A stretch of 45,978 bases of DNA, the filler included, from Jimgerdemannia flammicorona (lineage: Eukaryota), in assembly GCA_003990765.1 (NCBI GenBank). It is 2 parts of 2 records of this genome, joined end to end, with 100 filler letters (N's around TTAATTAATTAA, not from the genome) between each part and the next. Parts side by side here need not be neighbours in the genome. Positions count along the whole stretch, not along the records: positions 23,041 to 45,978 come from RBNJ01001181.1; 1 more part is not named here. One strand, written 5' to 3'. Positions 38,545 through 45,978 of this stretch are shown here, piece after piece. The translations under genes and the position numbers were made by a program. How positions within the stretch are numbered: position 1 is the stretch's first letter; the number at the start of each line of letters is the position of its first letter. A model generated the notes under the pieces. The model was not told the origin of the DNA. It saw nothing but the letters and a program-made list of their open reading frames with translations, and did not search any database.

Positions 38545-38843
38545 TTTATTAATTATAGATCTAAGTTTTTATATTTCTTAACTCTTAAGATAAAAAATTA
38601 AAATATTTATATATTTTAAAAGCTTTTTAAGTAAGATTAACTATTAATTAAAAAAATTAAATATACATATATAAAGTTATTTAAAAATAATATAAAAATT
38701 ATATTATAAATATAAATAATAATAATAATAATTTATAATATTATTTTTAAAATAATTATTCTAAATTTTATCTAAAACTTATAATATAATATCTTATTAT
38801 ATTATATAGTAATTATATTCTCTAAGTTAATAATCTTTAGTAT

Positions 38844-40176
38844 TGTAACAAATCAAATATATGTATCATCCAAATTATAACTTAGCCAGATGATGCAAAC
38901 AATTAGCATACTTAACCAGATAACATGGGCTCCCAGCATGACATCCAGTATATCATAATTACTTATGCTGCCACACTTATAATTAGCCAGACATATCAGA
39001 TAGGGTCTGTTTATCTGTACAGACTCTGTATACTATATAGACTTTATATACTATACAGGTCCTATACACTGTACAGACTCTATATATCTACCATAAATAG
39101 TAAATCTATAGTTAGCTATATAGCAACCAGATAGCAACCAACTTGTATAAATTACCCCAGAGATAAGAGTGAATAAACCTCAGTCTGAATTGAAGTATAA
39201 ATCAAAGAAGTCTTTAAAGATTGAGCATTGGTCTCCTTATTCCCACTCTGATCTACTTTCTAATACAAAGCTTGAAGATTTTGCCACCAAGTTTAAGTGA
39301 AGAACTTTGCTGCCTTTGGAATTATTGATACACTTGTCAGACTAAGCCTGAAGAACCTAAGTTTGCCACTAAGTTCAAGAAAGAACTTTACTACTGTTTC
39401 CAAGTTATTTGCTATATTTCTAGAGAGCCCACTCTTCTTGCCACAAACTAGTCTCTTGATATAACTTTGCAGAGATCTGTTTATATAAACAAAGTCAGTC
39501 TAGACATAACTTGTTAAGAATCCAAGTTATTTTTCAGTTGAAGTTATCAATTTAGAAAGAATCTATGCTACCTAAGTAGTATTCTTAGAGAGCCACTGAT
39601 TCAGGAAAAATCTATATTATCTGCTATTTTCAAGTTATCTATATTTCCAGAAGAGTCTGATTTGTGCTATCTGAGTTATCTATTATTCCCAGTGAGCTCA
39701 AGTTATTGAGTTATCTACTGCCAGTATTATTCTCAGTTAGAAGAACCTGCATCAAATTGAGTTATCTGCCAGATTACCAGATTGTACTGCATAAGGAATC
39801 CACTTGTGCTATATAGAATCATTATGCAGAGATCATTATACTACATAGAGATCATCATGCAGAAATCGCATAAAGAGAACTGACAAATTGCCAGACTGTT
39901 ATATATAAGGAAGATCATTACACTATACATGAAATTCTACCAATTTCCAGTTGATCCAAGAAGAAAATCTATTCACACACAAATTACTACTATATCCAGA
40001 GAACTGTCCCAATAAGGAAATCACTCACAGATATTCAGTTTTGACTATTATATCACTAAATACCAAGAACCTCAGAAATCTTAGAATATTTTATTACTTT
40101 TTAACAAAGTAACTGGAGGCTCAAGCTAAACTACACCAATCTTATAATTTGCTTCCATTGAGCCAGGCATGTTACA
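38844..40176 (+). repeat. 5' LTR of family D (1333 bp)
   Basis: TGTAACA...TGTTACA followed by a PBS; TATAAAT at ~39146. Confidence 0.82.
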
Positions 40177-40178
40177 TT

Positions 40179-40195
40179 TGGGGGCTCAACTGGGA
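40179..40195 (+). promoter_or_regulatory. Primer-binding site, tRNA-Pro-like
   Basis: TGGGGGCTCAACTGGGA, 2 nt after the LTR; resembles the canonical Pro PBS TGGGGGCTCGTCCGGGA. Confidence 0.75.
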
Positions 40196-40299
40196 AAATT
40201 TCAAATCGATGTAACTTTTTAGCTCACAAGAACCTACAGTTAAACTGGATACATTTGATACAATACCAATCTCTGCCACTATAGGAGAACCTGTTATTA

Positions 40300-41909
40300 C
40301 TAGTATCTGGACAGGAAGAGAAGTAATTACATCAAGACTTGCCAACTACCCAGTATTAGAAGGATCTCAACCAGAACCAGAAGGCAGTATAGCCCGAAAT
40401 CTCTAACTAGATCAATCAGACAACATAGGTGGCCCTGTTGGAAATTTTGAAGAACTTGTACAAGAACTAGAAGATCTTATTACACAAGCCCAAGATCTTA
40501 CAGCCAGACACTCTATACCAGTTCCATCAATTTCATCAATAGAACCTTTATCACAACCCTTTGCAGAATTGGAAGTAGCTCTTACAAGAATACCTAGGCT
40601 CATTCCACTTCATTCAATGTCCAGGACACCATTCTCAGGATACCCAAGCACCTCTATCTCCAGTGACAGTTCAGAAAGTGAATCAGAATCAGAATCTGAA
40701 CCAGAATCAGAATTAGAAGAAAGTGATAATAAAATGACCACCTCATTGCCAATCTTTACAGGATACCCAGAGGAAGACCCCAGAGAATTCCTTGACAGAA
40801 TTGAAGGAATTGTAGCCCTGAGGAATCTCTCAGATAAAAAAAAAATTGCCATCTATAAGACTCAGCTCAGAGAACTAGCCAGAGGAATTTTCTACCAAAC
40901 AGCAGATAACCCTGATTCAGAATTGGCAAGACAGATATAAGCAGCAATATCTTATAAGCTAGAATATGTAGCTATGGTCTACTGACTTATCGAAAAGTAT
41001 GCAAGAAATAAAACCCACTACAATGCTTAAGAATCTATTATAGAGATGAAGATGAATCTTGAAGAATCTCCCAGAGTCTTTTTATAAGAATCCTGAAGAG
41101 AATACATACTGCTAGGTTCAATGCCACCAACCAGGACATCATAGGTCCAATGACCTTCATAAATGAAATTCCTCTGAACATCACCCAGCATATCCACACC
41201 CTAGACATCATAAGGTCTGAAGAGCAAGTTGATACAGTCCAAGAATTCTTTGATGTCAGACAAGGAACTACCTGGAGTGATCATAACAAGAAAGAAGACA
41301 AAGAAGATATCCTGGTCAAAGCCCTATAAGGACTCCTTTAAGGATAAGAAAGATCTGAGGAAAGAAGGCCAGCAAAAGAAGGAAAGAAGAACAGAAGTAA
41401 AATCTAAGACCTTAGCTCCAAGTTGGATCAATTGGTTGGACAGATTGAAAAACTCACCATATGTGAAAATCAGAGCTATCAAGACAACAGAGGATATCCA
41501 CCACAGAGGAGCTAAGGTTATCCACCAAGAGATAAAAGGAACTACCAGTAAGAAGAAAGAAGATACTCTGTCTGAGACAGAGTTCAAGTCTAATGCTTCC
41601 ACTATAGACAACTTAGACACTACACTACTAAATGTGATAACAAAAGAAGTGACCAAAGGGACTCAAAATCATCAAACTGAAAGAATGACACTCAGTACAG
41701 AAAGACTGAAGCTCATCCTGTTGAAGATTTTGAGAAAGTAAGCAATAGTGCAGACTACAGTGATCTAGACTTATACCCTACCAAGGTTACTAAGTCTATC
41801 TAACAGAGAAAAGAAAGAGACCTATAGGAAGGCCATCCAGAAATATCAGCAGAAGAATCATCCAAGAAGAAGATAAAGAACATGAAGAGGAGTAGATTGA
41901 AATACCTTC
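40300..41909 (+). pseudogene. gag: gag of family D, interrupted by the family A insertion at 41910
   Basis: LPIFTGYPEEDPREFLDRIE; decayed knuckle CFHYRQLRHYTTKC at ~41594-41635. Confidence 0.8.
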
Positions 41910-42587
41910 TGTAAGAGAGTTACTTTTTAGGGTGACCATTACATAGTTCTGGAAGAGTTTTCTGGAAGTTCTGGATATTCTGGAAGACTGTTTTCTTATA
42001 GTCAGGATCAATTTCATATGGAGTACATCCTCTATGCTTATTGATTTCAAGATTGGGTTGACGTCTCAACCAAAGTCCTTTTTTGGACTAGTTCTGGATG
42101 TTCAGGATTTTCCGTATTTCAGGAAGTTTAAGAAACTAAGACCAGCTTAGTTGAATTGGCGTATCACTGCAGACAATACCCAATTAGGAAATTTCGTGAT
42201 AGGGTTAGGAGTAGGACCTAACAGGGAGTGGATTTACTTAAGAGTGGTTTGTGGGTTATGGAATAGGTTTATTTGCTATTCATGATATTGTTATACTAGG
42301 AGTAGTTGTGTGAAGGGATATTGTGGGGAAGTGCTCAGGAGTTGTGTTCAGATTGTTCAAGTCTGAGATTCTGAGGTCTGGGGGAGGGGGTATTTATACT
42401 AGTGAGGGGCTATCTGGACTAGGCTAGATATGGATGTAGCACTAAGTGCTTTGCTGAGTCGGAATGCAGTCACGTAGTATAAGTGTGATCTGACATGTCA
42501 AGAGATTGTCTGACTGCTGAGTCAGTTCACAGTCACGTCATACAAGGCTAATCTAACTATACTATGACTGCTAGGCTATTTATAGGT

Positions 42588-43685
42588 TTAGGCGCTGTCT
42601 GGGTAGTCCTTGATGACATCACCATCGATTGCATCATCTCTGATGAAGTAGTTGTCTAGGAATAATGGTTCGCAGATTACTTCTCCTTATTAGCTGAGGT
42701 AGTAATACATTGAGACTTCATCTCCGTCCCACAGGATAGCATCGTCTGTTTCGTATGCTGGATAAGGTGTTGGTGGGCGAAGAATGGGTGTACTGTCTTT
42801 GCTTTCATCAGATTCGCTGTCTGTGTACCTTCTATAGGTTACAGCACTATGAGTTATGGGGTTATAGTATGCTGGCAGCTGTGGTTCATGTCACTCGTAC
42901 TCAGGTGGTGGAGTGGTTGGTTCGATCTCGAGAGTTGTCTGAAGGTACAGGTTGTGTTCTCCAGTCTCTTCATTATAATTAAAGTAATCGGGGGTGAACA
43001 CGGGTTGGTATTTGTGCCAGTGGTCATTGTCCCAATAAGTCTTGTATGCAGTTATGAACTGTTGTAAGTTCATCGGCAAGGTTGGCAGAGTGATCAGGGT
43101 TGGCAGAGATCCTTGGCTAGAGATCATTTCGGCATCAGAGGGATCATTGTCTTCTGCTTCATCTTCGTCGAAGTGGATTATATCGTAGACATCCTTCATG
43201 GTATATCTGACTTGAGGCATTTGCAGGATGTGGTCATCAGGGTGCGGGAAGGTTCTGTCTATGGTTTCGACATACTCGAGGTACTTGTGGTTGAGTTCTT
43301 GTATCATGTCATCGATTTGGCCGTAGGACAGGGTAGCAACCATTTCGCTGGTAGTAACTCGGAGGCAGGGAATAAAGGTATTGTACTCATAGAAGAGTTC
43401 TTGATGTTTGCAGGCGATGAGCTTCTGGTGTTGAGACATCTGAGTAATGTCTGTATCATGGTGGTGTTCGACCATGTCTTCCAGGAGGCAGCCGATCTGG
43501 TAGTAGCTTGAGATTTGTCCGATTCAGTGGGCCTCGCTAAGCATGTTCAGGGCATTCCATCGGGCTTCTACGAAGTAGAGGGGTGCCAGGCTATGGATAT
43601 TCATGAGGGGCAGAGGGGGTGTGGCTCGGTTGACAATGGCATTCCAAATGTCAGCACAGATGCGGTTGTAGATCTCAGTGGTCAT
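42588..43685 (-). pseudogene. LTR(U3)-encoded orphan ORF: 264 aa to the TGA at 42891, or 365 aa if that TGA is a decayed CGA
   Basis: MTTEIYNRICADIWNAIVNRATPPLPLMNIHSLAPLYFVEARWNALNMLSEAH(R)IGQISSYYQIGCLLEDMVEH... reads without frameshift. Confidence 0.75.
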
Positions 43686-43754
43686 GTTTGTGTGTTTGGA
43701 AGTTGTAGTTGTTGTTTGTTTTGGTTCTCTGATTCGACGCGTCTTGGTGCTCAG

Positions 43755-43955
43755 TATATATGCATTTGGTCCTGATTGGTAAGGTTCCGTTTGTGTAGAT
43801 CTTGTGTTCTGTGACTTCGTATTGACTCAGCTTTATGCACTGTGACTTCGGTTTGACTCAGCTTCGTGATCAAGCAGATGATTTCCAGATTTGTTCGGAG
43901 GTCACGTGTGATTTTGGTGGCTTATTCAGAGGGTGACGTGTAATTTCAGTGGCTT
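43755..43955 (-). promoter_or_regulatory. Putative promoter/enhancer array at the start of U3
   Basis: Two ~33-bp repeats with GTCACGTG/GTGACGTG, two ~30-bp repeats with TGACTCA, then CCAAT (~43779) and TATATA (~43760) about 75 nt before the ATG. Confidence 0.55.
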
Positions 43956-44399
43956 GGAGGTTGTGCGCTTACAACTCTCCCCTTCTTAGCTTTTGACGTC
44001 CTCATCGGGGTCTTCTAATTTGTTCTAGTGTTGTTACACCATTTGGGAGGTCAAAAGTCTGGTAAGGTCCATTTTTTTCAGAAAGTGGCATGCTCGTAGT
44101 AAAGTTGCCTAACGCGTTGGATTCACATGTTAAAGGGTCATGTGTTCAATGCCGTGCACCGGAAGTGATTCTGATGTCATTTATTGCTGGAGAATTTCCT
44201 CTAAGAAATCTTCTTAAATGTCTATGCCTTGTTTCCCACCAGTGGTACAGGGAGAATAGGCTTGCTTTCAGTTTTGCTATTTTTCCAGAGGGTTGGTATT
44301 CTTATCTTGTTTTGCTGAGTTCTTGATTTGGTTCGTGATAGTTATAATGTTCAGGAGGGTAATATATAGTATGTATGGATAGGTGCAGAGTATTTGGTT

Positions 44400-45978
44400 C
44401 TAGTTGTTCAAGGAATCATATTCCTGAACTAGGTCGGTAGCATTCTGGAGATTGGTCTTAGGTTCCCAGGTTGCATTGTGGATCAGGTAACCTTTCCATT
44501 TGACAAGGTACTCAGGATGGTTCTTATTACCACGTTTGTTGAGGATTTGTTCAACTTCGTATTCTTCTTGGTGATTAATGATGACAGGTGTAGGTGGTTT
44601 GGTGGTTCGATTTGGAAATAGCTCGTTATCATTGTCATTGTATCGCTTGAGATGTTGAACATTAAAGACTGGGTGAATCTTAATGGTGTCTGGTAGCGCC
44701 AGTTTGTAGGAGGTTGGAGAGACTTGTGCAATGACTTCAAATGGTCCAATGAACTTGCTGTTCAGCTTTGTAGATGGTCTGTGCTTGAGGTTGTCAACTC
44801 GGTATCCTCTGATGTCTAGTAGAACTTTTTCTCCAATGTCAAAGGTTTCTTCTCGGCGGTGTTGGTTAATATACTGTGATTGTTGTTCTTGAGCTCGTGA
44901 TAAATTCTCAATTGTGATCTGGCTTAGATTGCACATTCGGAGTAGAAATTCTTCAATGGCTTCGACTGTGGAGGGTTCTTCAGTGGTTCAGATAAGTCTC
45001 AAAGGGGTGTTTGGGTTTTGTCCAGTATTAGCGAAGAATGGAGTCATTCCAAGAGAGGCTTGCTTGCTGTTGTTGTAGGCAAACTCAACTGCAGTGAGGT
45101 GTTCATGCCAATCATCTTGTCTGTAAGAGACATAGTTTCTTAGCATTTGTTCCAGAGTTCAGTTCATTCTTTCTGTTTGGCCGTCGGTTTCAGAGTAAAA
45201 GGCTGTGAATAGTGCAAGTTTTGTTCCAAGGTGTGCATGGAGGGCTTTCCAAAAGTGGCTGGTGAATTTCGGATCTCGGTCACTAACAATGATCTTGGGA
45301 AGACCATGATAGTGGAAGATGTTGTCAAACAAGAGTGTGGCTATGTCTGGTGCTGTTGCAGTAGTGGTAGTAGGCACAAAGTGAGCTTGTTTGCTGAGAT
45401 AGTCCACAAAGACAACAATTGCATCTTTTCCGTTCTTGGTTCGGGGTAGTTGTACAATGAAGTCCATAGAGATTTGTTCCCAATTTGTGGATGGTACTGG
45501 GATAGGGTGAAGTAAGCTGGGTTTTGCTAATGTTGAGGACTTGTTTTGTTAGTAGGCATCACAGGAAGTGATGTAGGTCTTAAGCTGATCTGCCATGTGG
45601 GGCCAATAGAAGTTTCGGGAGATAACTTCGTAACATTTATCAAATCCTAAATGTCTAGCTGTAGGAGCATCATGACATTCGAATAGGATAGTCCTTCGGA
45701 GGTCTCGGTTGTTTGGGACATACAGTCTGTCCTTGTAGTAGATAGCATTGTCCTTGAGTTGGTATTGATTGTACCGGGTATGCTTGTCAGCATCATCATT
45801 GTTCAGGATTTCTCGGAGTGCTTGAGCTTCTTTATCATCAACACATGCTGCAATGATTTGTTTCATGATAGTGTTGGTAACCAACGTCAGAGTTTGGATA
45901 ACCTCTTCGATTGGTGGTCTGGAGATTGCATCGGCAACAATATTTTCCTTGCCAGGGCGGTACTGGATTTCATAGTCA
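44400..45978 (-). pseudogene. pol: 3' part of family A pol: integrase + chromodomain
   Basis: HDAPTARH, MDFIVQLP, VSDRDPKF, TDGQTERMN, GPF, YEVEQIL...YLVKWKGY...ATWEP; a few stops. Confidence 0.95.

Larger units (their letters stand above)
41910..43973 (-). repeat. Complete 3' LTR of family A (2064 bp), best-preserved copy
   Basis: TGTAAG...CTTACA; PPT AAGAAGGGGAGAGT directly adjacent at 43974-43987. Confidence 0.95.

Noticed and set aside
40660..40725. SESESE repeat
   Set aside because: Low-complexity linker within family D gag.
41796..42050. Recurrent MKSISIEDVLH... ORFs (also 610-960, 22643-22912, 23771-24034)
   Set aside because: These are LTR-end sequence running into unrelated flanks with non-ATG starts, not a gene family.
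42588..43685. U3 ORF as an env gene
   Set aside because: No evident signal peptide, transmembrane segment or furin site, and it lies inside the LTR.

Overview
Eukaryotic, most likely fungal, genomic DNA; an early-diverging lineage is my inference from the intron-rich TPP2. One intact host gene is present: a 15-exon tripeptidyl-peptidase II (TPP2) on the minus strand at 37952-32151, in a CpG-rich island. The rest is a nested, C-to-T-decayed transposon field. It holds two Ty3/gypsy chromovirus families with a dUTPase between gag and protease (A, B), a third gypsy with a tRNA-Pro-like PBS (D), an unrelated solo LTR (C), three L1-like LINEs, two copies of a 1.2-kb non-autonomous poly(A) retroelement, two hAT-type MITEs and an artificial assembly gap. 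The best novelty candidate is family A. Its 2.06-kb LTR carries a reconstructed 264-365 aa orphan ORF in U3 behind its own promoter-like array, and it also has an ATG-less 213-codon open frame in front of gag. All calls come from manual reading; no database searches were run.
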